Of a stretch of DNA of 42,535 bases, positions 16,219 through 25,900 are shown in pieces. The stretch lies in the IMG/VR virus record IMGVR_UViG_3300036783_000100, positions 1-42,535 of that record; one strand, given 5' to 3'. The first letter of the stretch is position 1. Each line of letters starts with the position of its first letter. The notes under the pieces were generated by a model that worked only from the letters and a program-made list of their open reading frames with translations, was not told the origin of the DNA and did no database searches. Made by a program: the position numbers and the translations under genes. The stretch comes from a virus (taxonomy: Duplodnaviria; Caudoviricetes).

Positions 16219-17271
16219 ATGAACGACCTAGCCCCCATGCCTAACACCGCGCTGATGTCGTTCATCGAACGCGCCAGTCGCGACGACCAGTTCTCGCTCG
16301 ATAAATTCCGAGAACTGATCATGATGCAGCGCGAAGCTGAGCAGGCGTCTGCAAAGCACGAGTTCAATATCGCCATGTCGCGCGTGCAGTCGGAACTGCA
16401 GTCCGTCACTCGCGACCGCAGCAATCCCGCCACCCGCAGCCGATACGCCACGATGCAGGCGATCGATGCCGAGGCGCGGCCGGTCTACACGCGCCACGGC
16501 TTCTCTGTGCGCTTTGGCACCGGCACCGCGCCGTGGGAAGGCTGGGTGCGTGTGACGTGCGAGCTTGCCCACGTCGGCGGCTACAGCGAAAGCCACCATC
16601 TCGACGGGCCGTTGGACAACAGCGGAGCCCAGGGCAAGACGAACAAGACCGGCATCCAGGCGATCGGCAGCACAGTCAGCTACTTGCGGCGGTATCTTCT
16701 GCTGCTGGTGCTGAACCTCGTCACCACCGACGAGATGGACGACGACGGCGAGGCCACTCGGCGCACGCCGGCCAGTCGCCGCGATGAAATCAACGCCGAG
16801 ATCCCGATCCCCGGCGAGCCGCCGCCGCGCCCCAAGGGTCGCACCGCGCGCGAGTACCTGGCCGAACTGCACCAGCGCATGGCCGACGCCGAGGACCAGG
16901 CCGCGGTGAATGCCATCATCGCCGAGCCCGGCACGCAGCGCGCCATGGCCACATTCCAGAACGGCGCGAAGGCCGAACTCGACGGCATCATTGCCTATGG
17001 CATCGGCCGGTTCGGCGGCGAGCCGGCGACGGACTGGACCGACGAGGAAGCGCCCCCCTCCCCTCCCCTGGAGGGCGAGGACAAGCAGGTGACGCTCGCC
17101 ATCCAGCGCATGCAGCGCGACAGCCGGCAGCTACTCGAGCAGACCAACGCGCTGTCCGGGCACCAGACCTGGCTGCGCAGCCTGCCGCAGGCGGAGTATG
17201 ACCGCTACGCCCGCGCGCTGGAGGCACGGTATGCGGCCCTGGCGGCGGCACAGCGGGAGCCGGTCGGGTAA
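16219..17271 (+). CDS. ERF-family single-strand annealing protein
   Basis: SRYATMQAID...HGFS...HVGGYSE...IQAIGSTVSYLRRY...DDDG. Confidence 0.9.
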   Translation: MNDLAPMPNTALMSFIERASRDDQFSLDKFRELIMMQREAEQASAKHEFNIAMSRVQSELQSVTRDRSNPATRSRYATMQAIDAEARPVYTRHGFSVRFGTGTAPWEGWVRVTCELAHVGGYSESHHLDGPLDNSGAQGKTNKTGIQAIGSTVSYLRRYLLLLVLNLVTTDEMDDDGEATRRTPASRRDEINAEIPIPGEPPPRPKGRTAREYLAELHQRMADAEDQAAVNAIIAEPGTQRAMATFQNGAKAELDGIIAYGIGRFGGEPATDWTDEEAPPSPPLEGEDKQVTLAIQRMQRDSRQLLEQTNALSGHQTWLRSLPQAEYDRYARALEARYAALAAAQREPVG

Positions 17272-17306
17272 TTATACAGACTAGGGGAGGTCCCGCTAAC
17301 GTCCGT

Positions 17307-17615
17307 TTGACGGAGTGGCCGGTGACTGAGACGCCGCCCGCCAGCCCGCCGCAGGAGTGGCCGATGCTCACCGATGACGATGTGACGTTGGTGGAATCCC
17401 TGCTTCGCGAGATCGGCCCGCTGCTCGACGACAAACCGCCTGCCGTCCAGGTCACGGCGCTGGCCTATCTGCTCGCTATGTGGTTGGCCGGACACGTCAA
17501 CCTGGACAGCCAATGCGAGACCGCTGCGTCGCGGGAGGAACTGCTGACGCTGCACGTCGAGACCGTGCGCGCGCTGGTCCCCGAGAGCGCGAAGGCGATG
17601 GGGCTGCCGCATTGA
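17307..17615 (+). CDS. Hypothetical protein
   Basis: ORF in the plus-strand early operon; start uncertain. Confidence 0.6.
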   Translation: MTEWPVTETPPASPPQEWPMLTDDDVTLVESLLREIGPLLDDKPPAVQVTALAYLLAMWLAGHVNLDSQCETAASREELLTLHVETVRALVPESAKAMGLPH

Positions 17616-17719
17616 TCCATGCTGTCAGAACTGCCAGGTAGCCGCCTGGATTTGCTTATCACGCCTTATGCAGCTTCGCCACATTTGCTCTAAAGCATTG
17701 AAATCACGGATGGATAACT

Positions 17720-18475
17720 TTGGCTGGCCGTAACATAAGGCGCGAACCTCTCTCCCTGTTTCCGGAGCCACTGCGGCAGTGTTCGAGGTGCAAGGATCAC
17801 CTGCCTCTTGAGGCATTCCGCGCCGGTAGCAAGAACAAGGACGGACTGGAATCACGCTGTCGTAAATGCATTGCGGCAAAACAGGCCGCTTATAGAGTGG
17901 CCAACCTCGAGAAGGAAAAGGCCCGCCAGGCTGCTTGGGCGAAGGCCAACGCCGAGAAGCGGCGAGAACTCCGCCGGGAGTATTACCGCAAGCATCTCGC
18001 GGAAAAGGCGGCCGCCGACTACGCTGCCGATCCCGAGAAGTACCGCGAGATACACGCCCGCTGGCGTCGGGCGAATCCGGAGAAAGAACGCGCCCGCCAC
18101 CTTGCCTACAAGGCTGCCAACACCGAGAAGGAAAAGGCACGCCATGCCGCTTGGGCGAAGGCCAACCCAGAGAAGGCCGTGGCCAAGGCGCAGCGCCGTC
18201 GAGCCAGAAAGCTCGGCGCGTCTGGCGATTATACGATCGACGACATTGCGCGGTTAAGGATTGCGCAGAAAGGCCGTTGTGCCTTTGCGTCTCTCCGGTA
18301 TTCGTGGTGCGACCGAGCACTAAGCAAATCCTGCCACATAGATCACATCACCCCTCTCTCCAAAGGGGGCACGAATTATCCGCGCAACCTGCAACTCCTA
18401 TGTCGACCGTGTAATGTGCGAAAGCATGACGCGCATCCGGTTGACTTCGCGCAGGCTAATGGGACGCTGCTATAA
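17720..18475 (+). CDS. HNH endonuclease with N-terminal Zn finger and helical repeats
   Basis: CSRC...CRKC; repeated NxEKEKARxAAWAKAN; HIDHITPLSKGGTNYPRNLQLLCRPCNVRK. Confidence 0.9.
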   Translation: MAGRNIRREPLSLFPEPLRQCSRCKDHLPLEAFRAGSKNKDGLESRCRKCIAAKQAAYRVANLEKEKARQAAWAKANAEKRRELRREYYRKHLAEKAAADYAADPEKYREIHARWRRANPEKERARHLAYKAANTEKEKARHAAWAKANPEKAVAKAQRRRARKLGASGDYTIDDIARLRIAQKGRCAFASLRYSWCDRALSKSCHIDHITPLSKGGTNYPRNLQLLCRPCNVRKHDAHPVDFAQANGTLL

Positions 18476-18573
18476 TGCCCCCCGCTGACCCGATCGGCGC
18501 CGCGCTCGCGTTGTGGATCGCCGGCCTGATCGCCCTCGGCCTGATCGTCTGGCTGGTCGTGCGCCGCTGGTGA
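18475..18573 (+). CDS. 32-aa single-TM peptide
   Basis: Manual translation MPPADPIGAALALWIAGLIALGLIVWLVVRRW; overlaps the HNH stop and the next start. Confidence 0.55.
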   Translation: MPPADPIGAALALWIAGLIALGLIVWLVVRRW

Positions 18574-18824
18574 GCGCGCCGCAGTATTGGCTGTTCACCC
18601 GGCCCGATGGCAGCATCACGGTGCATCGCGGAGGCTGTGGCATGGCCGTGCGCAGCCGCTACCGTCACCGCCGCCTGGACGACCGGCGTCTGACCGGCCC
18701 GCTGACCGCCGAGCTGGTCACCCTGCTGCCTGCCTACCGGGTGTGCCGGGTTTGCATGTCGGAAAAGTTTACACTCTCGCGTGCCGCCACCGCCGCGCGG
18801 CTCATAAGTCGCGGAAAAGACTGA
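18570..18824 (+). CDS. Hypothetical protein (H..C / CxxC)
   Basis: GTGA overlap; TVHRGGC...VCRVC. Confidence 0.55.
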   Translation: MSAPQYWLFTRPDGSITVHRGGCGMAVRSRYRHRRLDDRRLTGPLTAELVTLLPAYRVCRVCMSEKFTLSRAATAARLISRGKD

Positions 18825-18898
18825 CCCCCCAAAGTTGGGCGCGATCTTGCATCCCGGCCGAGTGGCCGATCTAGACGGCCAAACGACGGAGAAACGCA

Positions 18899-19426
18899 AT
18901 GAAAACCCTCCTCCTCGCAGCGGTCGCCAGTATCGGCCTCGCTGCCTCCGCCCAGGCGGTGCCGATCGCCAGCGGTAGCGTGCTGAACATCGTCGGCAAT
19001 GCGCATTTCGATGCAACGAATGTCAACTTCACGAACCCCGCGAACCTGGTCATTGGCAGCGGCGACTTCGCACTGCTCGGCACCTGCACGGGCTGCGTCA
19101 CGATGACGACGCCGCTTGACTACGTGACGCCGACCACCGGCCAAGCATACACCGCGAGCAATCTCGGCCTGACCACGAGCTTTGATATCGACAGCGGCGG
19201 GAAGATCTCTGGCGCGGGCCTGACGACGCTGGGCCTGCAATTCGCGGGCACGGCGTTCCTCACCGGCTTTGACCCAACGCCGGGGCTTTGGATCGTCACC
19301 GTCAATCAATTTGGTAACCTCGTCGGCAGCTTCTCTGCCAGCACGATCGCCACGCCGGAGCCGGCCTCGATGCTCATCCTGGGCGCCGGGCTGGTCGGCC
19401 TTGGCATGCTGCGCCGCCGCAGCTAG
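18899..19426 (+). CDS. PEP-CTERM sorting-domain surface protein
   Basis: Signal peptide MKTLLLAAVASIGLAASAQA; C-terminal TPEPASMLILGAGLVGLGMLRRRS (PEP, TM helix, Arg cluster). Confidence 0.9.
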   Translation: MKTLLLAAVASIGLAASAQAVPIASGSVLNIVGNAHFDATNVNFTNPANLVIGSGDFALLGTCTGCVTMTTPLDYVTPTTGQAYTASNLGLTTSFDIDSGGKISGAGLTTLGLQFAGTAFLTGFDPTPGLWIVTVNQFGNLVGSFSASTIATPEPASMLILGAGLVGLGMLRRRS

Positions 19427-19452
19427 GCTGCGCCGATTACCGAACACACACT

Positions 19453-19486
19453 AAAGGCGGGCACCCCCAAAAGGCCCGCCTTTTTC
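19453..19486. terminator. Rho-independent terminator between convergent genes
   Basis: AAAGGCGGGC ... GCCCGCCTTTTT. Confidence 0.8.
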
Positions 19487-20806
19487 TTACGCGATCAGCA
19501 CGCGCGCGCTACCGTCCAGCATCGAGATGATGAACCCCGCCTCGCTGACCTGCAGCGGCTCATAGTTCTCCGTCACCCGCTCCGCCGCCAGCCGGCCGAT
19601 GTCGTATTCCTCGATCCGCCGCGTCGGCAGTGACGGGAACTCCAGCGTGACCGCGAGTGGCTCACCGCCGGGCTCCGGCATCGAGCGCCACAGCACGACG
19701 AAGAACGTGCCATCGCTGGCCTGATAGAGATCGTGGCTGACTGAGGCGTCGGCGCCGGCGACAGTGTATTCCAGCCGCCCCGGCGCGAAGGTCAGTCGCT
19801 CCTCACCAGGGTCCGCACAGATCGCGCACAGCGCCCGCAGCGCGTAGGCGACCTCGCGAGGATCGTCGGCATTCGTCGGATAGAGGCCGCAGCGATACGT
19901 CGAGCCATAGTCCAGCAACGCATACCACCACAGCGGCACCTCGAGCCGGGCGCAGCGGAACAGCGTCAGCAGCGTGTAGTACGTGTCCAGCGTGCCTGAC
20001 CAGCCGGCCTGATCGGGTTTGTGGCCCTCGGCATTGTACAACGTCGGGTGGAACTCCGTCACCGCGATCGACGCCTCGTAGACCGCGCTCAGCCCGGAGA
20101 CATACGCCACAACCGAGCAGTCATCGCCCGGCAGATCGGGGCAGTGCGGCGGGTAAAAGTGGCCGTTGCCGAACCCGATGAGCGCGTTGTGCTCATCAAT
20201 CTGGTCGCCGAAGTAGCCGGTGATCCATCCCTCGGGATGCGGCATCCCGGCGACGACCGATGCGCCCATGACTTGCCAAGCGTCCGTGTCGTCGCACATC
20301 CTCTGGATTGCCATCGTGGTCTCGACCGGCACTGTGCCGCCGCCGAAATCCGTGTTCGGCTCGTTCAACCCTTCGACGTATTCAATGCCACACGCCACGT
20401 CGCGTTGCAGATCGAGCATCGTCGGCACGTCGGCCGTCGAAGCGTTGGCTCCGGGGCAGATCGCGTTGCGCTGATCGGGGAATGCGGCATGCACCGCCGT
20501 GAGCCACTCGCGCTGCATGTCCGTTCGCGAGGCGTAGTGATACTCCCGCACCGCGATCGTGTGCCCAGTGTCCCCCACGATCCAGCGCAACGCCGCGATC
20601 ACGGGGGCGGGGCGATAATCCGCTGGCCATGAACCCCATACGTTATGTTCATCGAGGCTGCTGAACGTGTTCGTGCCGAACGGAAACAGCGCCATGACGC
20701 GCTTAGCCTGGGTGCCGCCAGCGACCGGCGGTTCGGCATCTTCGAGCGCAGAGACGCGCATTTCCAGAGCGGCGAAGTCATCCCATGTCGGTACGGTGGC
20801 TGGCAT
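19487..20806 (-). CDS. Putative clan GH-A glycoside hydrolase with N-terminal shared peptide
   Basis: EGLNEPN (acid/base), NGHFY and VTEF (nucleophile) pattern of TIM-barrel GH-A enzymes, then a beta-rich C-terminus. Confidence 0.65.
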   Translation of the reverse strand: MPATVPTWDDFAALEMRVSALEDAEPPVAGGTQAKRVMALFPFGTNTFSSLDEHNVWGSWPADYRPAPVIAALRWIVGDTGHTIAVREYHYASRTDMQREWLTAVHAAFPDQRNAICPGANASTADVPTMLDLQRDVACGIEYVEGLNEPNTDFGGGTVPVETTMAIQRMCDDTDAWQVMGASVVAGMPHPEGWITGYFGDQIDEHNALIGFGNGHFYPPHCPDLPGDDCSVVAYVSGLSAVYEASIAVTEFHPTLYNAEGHKPDQAGWSGTLDTYYTLLTLFRCARLEVPLWWYALLDYGSTYRCGLYPTNADDPREVAYALRALCAICADPGEERLTFAPGRLEYTVAGADASVSHDLYQASDGTFFVVLWRSMPEPGGEPLAVTLEFPSLPTRRIEEYDIGRLAAERVTENYEPLQVSEAGFIISMLDGSARVLIA

Positions 20807-20815
20807 CTATGCGGC

Positions 20816-21097
20816 CTATTCGTTGTGCGGTAGCGGTTTGATGTTTTGGATCTGCCATAGCACGGTGACGCAGCGATCCAGCACAGCGACGAAGGTGCCA
20901 CCGGTCATCATCACCACGCAGTTTGTGCCCTTCGCAAAGTGCGTCTTGTTCATCGATCGCGGCTCCCGGATGCTGGTGATCTCGTGGGTGTTCACGTAGA
21001 TCGCCTGGCCTTCCGGGCCTTTCAATTCGATCAGCGTCTGCGCGACGGCTGGCGTGATGACCAGGCAGGCCACCAGCGGGATCAAGAGCACGGTCAT
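20816..21097 (-). CDS. Small secreted protein resembling the FlbD/SwrD family
   Basis: ATGA overlap; signal peptide MTVLLIPLVACLVITPAVA, then LIELKGPEGQAIYVNTHEITSIRE...VVMMTGGTFVAVLD. Confidence 0.55.
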   Translation of the reverse strand: MTVLLIPLVACLVITPAVAQTLIELKGPEGQAIYVNTHEITSIREPRSMNKTHFAKGTNCVVMMTGGTFVAVLDRCVTVLWQIQNIKPLPHNE

Positions 21098-22812
21098 ACT
21101 GACGACGGCGCTGCGATCGCCCACTTGCGATGGAGGTAGCGTGAATTTGGATGCCCCTGCATCTGCTCGACCAGCCAGTCGTAGCACTCCTGGGCACCGT
21201 CGCAGCCGGCGCGTGCCGCCATCGCCAGCGCACCCATCGCATACGACGGATAGGTCAGGTCCAACGAAGCCGGCAGCGTGTCCGCATCATCGTAGGCACA
21301 TTTGTCGGGCAAACAACGCGCATTGATCACCCACGCGCCTGCCCAGGTCTCGACGCTTGGTCCGCTAGGCTCCGTGCGCGTCATCATCTGGTAGAGCGTC
21401 GGCACCGCGCGCACCCACCCGGACGTGCCGCCGGTGCGCGCCGCAACATCGCGCGTCTTCCAATCCAGCACCGGCTGCCAATCGGAGTGACCCATCGCCA
21501 CGACCCAGCCGAGCACGCACGTCAAGAAATCTTCCATCCAGATCGAAACATATGTGTTGGCCGGCGGCACGGAGGTCGCTGACCCAGGCGCGTTTTCCGG
21601 TGTCTGCAAAATCCACAGGTCAGAGCACGGCTTTGTCGTGCCGTTGACGTATTTGCTCATGAACCAGTCGCGCTCGTCGTCTAGCCGGTCCTTGAAGATA
21701 CCCTTCGGCAGCAGCCACGACGGCAGGTCATCCGGCGTGACCGTGGCTGCTTGCACGAGAGACCGTAGCGCCCACGCGACGGCGCGGACGGCGTTGCCTA
21801 ACGAGAAGTTCTGCCTCGCCCCCGGCGACAGACAGACCACGTTGTAAACCGCGACAAACTGTACCCATTCCAGCATGTACGGATCGCCGGACAGCACGAA
21901 CGGCACGAAGCCGAAAGACCCCATGTGGGCCGCGTCCAGCGTGACCGGAGAGTCCGGCCCTGGCGGGATGTATGGGTCCGCGCCGTTCGGCGAATACATC
22001 GTTGCATTCGGATACTGCGTCCAGTCGAGCGGCGCACCGGTCTTCTCGTCGCGGAAATACAGCGGGATCGAGCCGGCCGCTTCTCCCCACGCCTGGACGC
22101 TGCGCCAGGACTGCTCCGAGCCGGTGCAAAGAAACTCGGCCTGCCCCTCGGTGATCGGGCCGATCTCATCGCGCTCGCCGGTCGAGGGGATGTAGGCCGT
22201 GATACCGGCGAGGTCCATCGGCCCGGCGTAGGTGCGCGGGAGGCTCGGCGGGATCACCGCGCCGAACAGCGTCTCGCTGTAGAGCGGCAACAGGCCGCCG
22301 AGAAAATCAGGGGCGGGATAGATGATCGGCCGTGGTGCGGACTGCCAGCGCCAGCGCGCGTGCCAGTAGTGCACGGGTGCTTCCACGCACGCCAGCTGCT
22401 CGGAGCCACGGAAGATTGTCGCGGTGTAAGCCTGCATGTTTGCCGGCACGGTGCCCCACAGACCACCGAGTTCAAACACGACCTCGTCGCGCGCACCGTC
22501 CGTATCGCTGCGGAAATACACCGCGAAGCCGACCAGATCAGGCAGCGTGCAGCGGATGCAGTGCTGGGTGAAATGCCCGCCCGGCTCGTGATAGTCGCCG
22601 AGGTCCACGCCGGCTTCCTCGGAGAAAACATAGCCGACGCCTTCGTAGTCGATGCGCACGGACAGGCCATCACCGGCGGGAGGCGGCGTGGGTGTCGGCG
22701 TCGGCGTAGGGGTGGGCGTTGGTGTCGGGGTGGGCGGCGCGGCGCCTTCCAGCGCGGCGACGCGCGCCTCGAGGGCAGCGAACTCGTCCATTGTCGGCAC
22801 GGTGGCTGCCAT
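21094..22812 (-). CDS. Large putative glycan-active alpha/alpha protein with PT linker and N-terminal shared peptide
   Basis: AAGGA SD before ATG 22812; MAATVPTMDEFAALEARVAALE, (PT)n linker, TGERDEIG, DAAH...PFVLSGDPYMLE, RAVAWALR. Confidence 0.6.
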   Translation of the reverse strand: MAATVPTMDEFAALEARVAALEGAAPPTPTPTPTPTPTPTPTPPPAGDGLSVRIDYEGVGYVFSEEAGVDLGDYHEPGGHFTQHCIRCTLPDLVGFAVYFRSDTDGARDEVVFELGGLWGTVPANMQAYTATIFRGSEQLACVEAPVHYWHARWRWQSAPRPIIYPAPDFLGGLLPLYSETLFGAVIPPSLPRTYAGPMDLAGITAYIPSTGERDEIGPITEGQAEFLCTGSEQSWRSVQAWGEAAGSIPLYFRDEKTGAPLDWTQYPNATMYSPNGADPYIPPGPDSPVTLDAAHMGSFGFVPFVLSGDPYMLEWVQFVAVYNVVCLSPGARQNFSLGNAVRAVAWALRSLVQAATVTPDDLPSWLLPKGIFKDRLDDERDWFMSKYVNGTTKPCSDLWILQTPENAPGSATSVPPANTYVSIWMEDFLTCVLGWVVAMGHSDWQPVLDWKTRDVAARTGGTSGWVRAVPTLYQMMTRTEPSGPSVETWAGAWVINARCLPDKCAYDDADTLPASLDLTYPSYAMGALAMAARAGCDGAQECYDWLVEQMQGHPNSRYLHRKWAIAAPSSV

Positions 22813-22862
22813 GGCGGATATTCCTTGCAATCTCATACAGAGTGTATTACAGCGGGCACAGA

Positions 22863-22948
22863 GCGCGGCCTCTCCCGTCGAGGCCGCGCTCCGCCGCCGC
22901 GTCACGCGGGCGCGGCCTCTCCCGTCGAGGCCGCGCTCCGCCGCCGCG
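22863..22948. repeat. Tandem 39-bp direct repeat, each unit a GC-rich hairpin
   Basis: GCGCGGCCTC-TCCCGTC-GAGGCCGCGC-TCCGCCGCCGCG at 22863-22901 and 22910-22948. Confidence 0.9.
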
Positions 22949-22950
22949 GC

Positions 22951-25900
22951 TCACCGACGCAATAGCTGATTGGGGATGACGCGCGGCGCCGGCGGCGATG
23001 CCAGGCCGGGCGGCGTAGGGGGCAGCGTCTGTTGCTGGGTCGGACGCAGCGGCGAGGTCAGCGCCAACGCCTGCAACTGCCGTCCGAGCCGCTGCCCCAA
23101 TGACTGCGCCGCGGGCAGGCTCGCCGGGTATTTCTCCAGCATCGTCCTGGCGATCTCGGGATGCATCATCATCTGCTCGACCAGGTCGTTGACCTTCTGC
23201 AGCCCGTTCTGCCGCATTGCGTTGAGGATCGGCACGCCGATCATGCCGGCCACCCTGCCGAGCGGCCCGAGAGCGTGCCCGGCCGCCTCGCCGACCCCCT
23301 CCATCGCGGCGAGCATGCCGACCGTCGACGGGTGACCACCGCCATGCTGCTCGCCGGCCGCAAGGTCTTGTGCGGTGTTGGAGCCGCCCGGCAGCTTGGT
23401 GCCACTAACCGAGCGCTGGGACCGCTGCAAATCAATCGCGGTGTTCTGGATCGCCTCGACCTGCTCGGGCGAAAAAATCTTGCCGAGCGCGCGAGAACTG
23501 TTCTGGATGAACCGCGTGAACTTGTCCGGCTGCAGCATGCGCTCCTGGCCGACCACGGTGTTGCTGCGCAACTCCTGCAGGATGAAATCCACCGCGCCGC
23601 GTTGCAGGCCAGCACGCGCCGCCGGATTGTTGGCTGCGCGCTGCGCCAGGTCAGCCATCGTCGCTTCCGCGGTGTCGGAGCGGAGAATGCGGCCAATCGT
23701 GATGGTCGGATCGGCATCGCCCAGGAACCGCCGTGCCGCCGAATCCTCGATCGCGGTCCTCGCTGCCTGATGCCGGACCACGGCGTCGTCGACCAGTTGC
23801 CGCTGTTGCGCGGCATCGGCAAACCGCGCCCTCAGCTCAGGGAATGCCGACAGCGCCTCGTCATGCGCAGCCAGCCAACGCTGGGCCCTGGCAGGGCTGA
23901 GCGTTCCGTCCGCCTCCTCGGCGGCGTGGCGCAGGCTGAACGCGGCATAATCCTTCAGATCGCTGACCAGCGCCGGGCTGCTGCCGCCGGCGCGCATGAA
24001 CGCCTGCACGCGCTCCGCGGCGCCCTTGCCGCTGTTGAAGAGTGTAGCCGCCACCTGGCTGTCGCCCAACCGCCATTCGCCGGCCCGTCGTCCTGTGCCA
24101 AGCACCGCGCCGACGCCGGGGGCCTCGTCATAGGTTGCCACGCGCTCGGCGTGCGCCGCATTGGCGTCGCGATACCGCGCGATTGCCTCTGGATCGTAGT
24201 TAGGCTCGAGCGGCGCTGACCTGCCGGGAGCGAGGCCCCATTTCTGGGCTAGAGCTGCTGCCGCAGCCGCCACATCGCGATTGCCTCCAGATGGTCCTGG
24301 TAGCCCTCTCGGCGTGACCTGGTTTCCAGCGCCGCCAGGTATTTGAGGCGCGCCGCCGGGTCCGTGATAGCCGCCAGGTTGACCTCCAGCAGGTCGAGGT
24401 ATGGCGCCTTGCCCTGGGAATACAGGATTGCCAACGCCTCCGACCTGCTGTGTGCCATCGCCCTGACCCGCCTTCAGACGGCCCAGCATAGTCTGTTCGG
24501 GAGTGGCATGACCAGCCTGGACAGCCGCGGCGTCGGACGCGGCGCGCTGCTCGACGCCGCCGGACAGGGTGTTGTCGACCGCCTTCTGCAACTGAACCAG
24601 CGTCCGGTAGGTCGTCGAGCGGCCGTTATTGTAGAGTTCCTCCCGCATCGCGTCGGTGATGCGCGAGCGCAGCGCCGCGGCCTCGCCAAACAACTGCGTT
24701 TCGGGCAGGCCCTGGGCGGTGCGGAAAATGCCCGCGGCATCGCCGCTTAGTGGTGCGGCATTGGCAGGTCGGGCACCCACGATGTCGTTGGCGGCCTGCC
24801 GGATCGGCGTCATGCCGAGCGCCAGCGTGCCGTCCGGGTCAACGTCCGTGTAGAGCTTCGACACCTGCGCGCGCGTCCCGGTGTTGAGCGCATCGAGGCC
24901 GGCGCGCAGGCGCTGGCCAAACCCTTGAAGCACCGAAGTTGAATTGGCATCGCCCAGCGGCGCCGCGCCGCCCAGGTTGTTGACGGCCTCGCGGGCGCCG
25001 GTGCGTGCCGCATCGATCTGCGCGGTGTGGGCCGCGTCGATGTCGGACAACTGCTGACGGAAGAACCCGCCGACGGCATCGGGCGATGCGGTCTCGGGCG
25101 CCATGCCGCCGATGGCGTTGACCCGCGCCTGGTTCTGCTCGCCGAGCCTGGCCATCCAGACATCCGGGCTGTTCTTGGCGACCACGCGCTCGAGGTTGCC
25201 GAGGCCCTGGTCGCCGGTCAGTTGGAAGGTGGTGGGCTGCGAGCCAGGGACGAGCGGCGGCTGGTCCTCGGCAAGTGTGGCGCGCACCTCCGGCAGATTG
25301 CTGGCGGCCCCGCCGACCCGCGCGGCCGCGAGCCGTTGCTGTCCCGTCGCATACATCGGCGCCACGTAGTCGCCGATCTTCCCGCCGAGGGTGTTGACGG
25401 CTGTTCTGCCGGCGCCGGCCGCGAGGCCGGCCACCCCGCCAGCCAACAATTGGCCGCCGAACTGTGCGAGCGGCTTATACGGTTCCGGCACGGCATTGGC
25501 GGCGATCTGACCACCAGCGCCGGCAGTGCCGCCAATGACCGCCTGTGACGGCGCACCACCGGCCCCGAAGGACCGCTGGAAGGCCCCGGGAATGCCGGCC
25601 AGCACTGGCAAAGCGCGCGCGACGCCCCACGGCAGGATCATTGAGGCGGTGCCCCCGCCGGCGGCGCGCGCGATCTGCTCGGCCTCGTCGCCTGGCACGA
25701 TCGTCCGGGGATCGGCGCCGAGATAGCCGAACGCCGATTTCCACCACTCCGACCCGCCCACCGGGTTCTGGATGGTGGGATGCTGCGTGTCGGTTGCCGC
25801 GTTGATAGCGCGCGGCACGAGGTTGATGGCGCCGGTCATAAGATCGACCGGCAGGCCGAGAAATTCTGCGGTTTTCTCACTGGTGCCGGCGCCGTAATTG

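Noticed and set aside
21094-22905. ORF-track start at 22905
   Set aside because: The extension runs through the hairpin repeat. ATG 22812 has an AAGGA SD and matches the paralogous N-terminus at 20806.
22863-22948. Guanidine-II (mini-ykkC) riboswitch
   Set aside because: The twin hairpins contain ACGG, but in a 7-nt loop rather than a closed ACGR tetraloop, and the downstream gene is unrelated.
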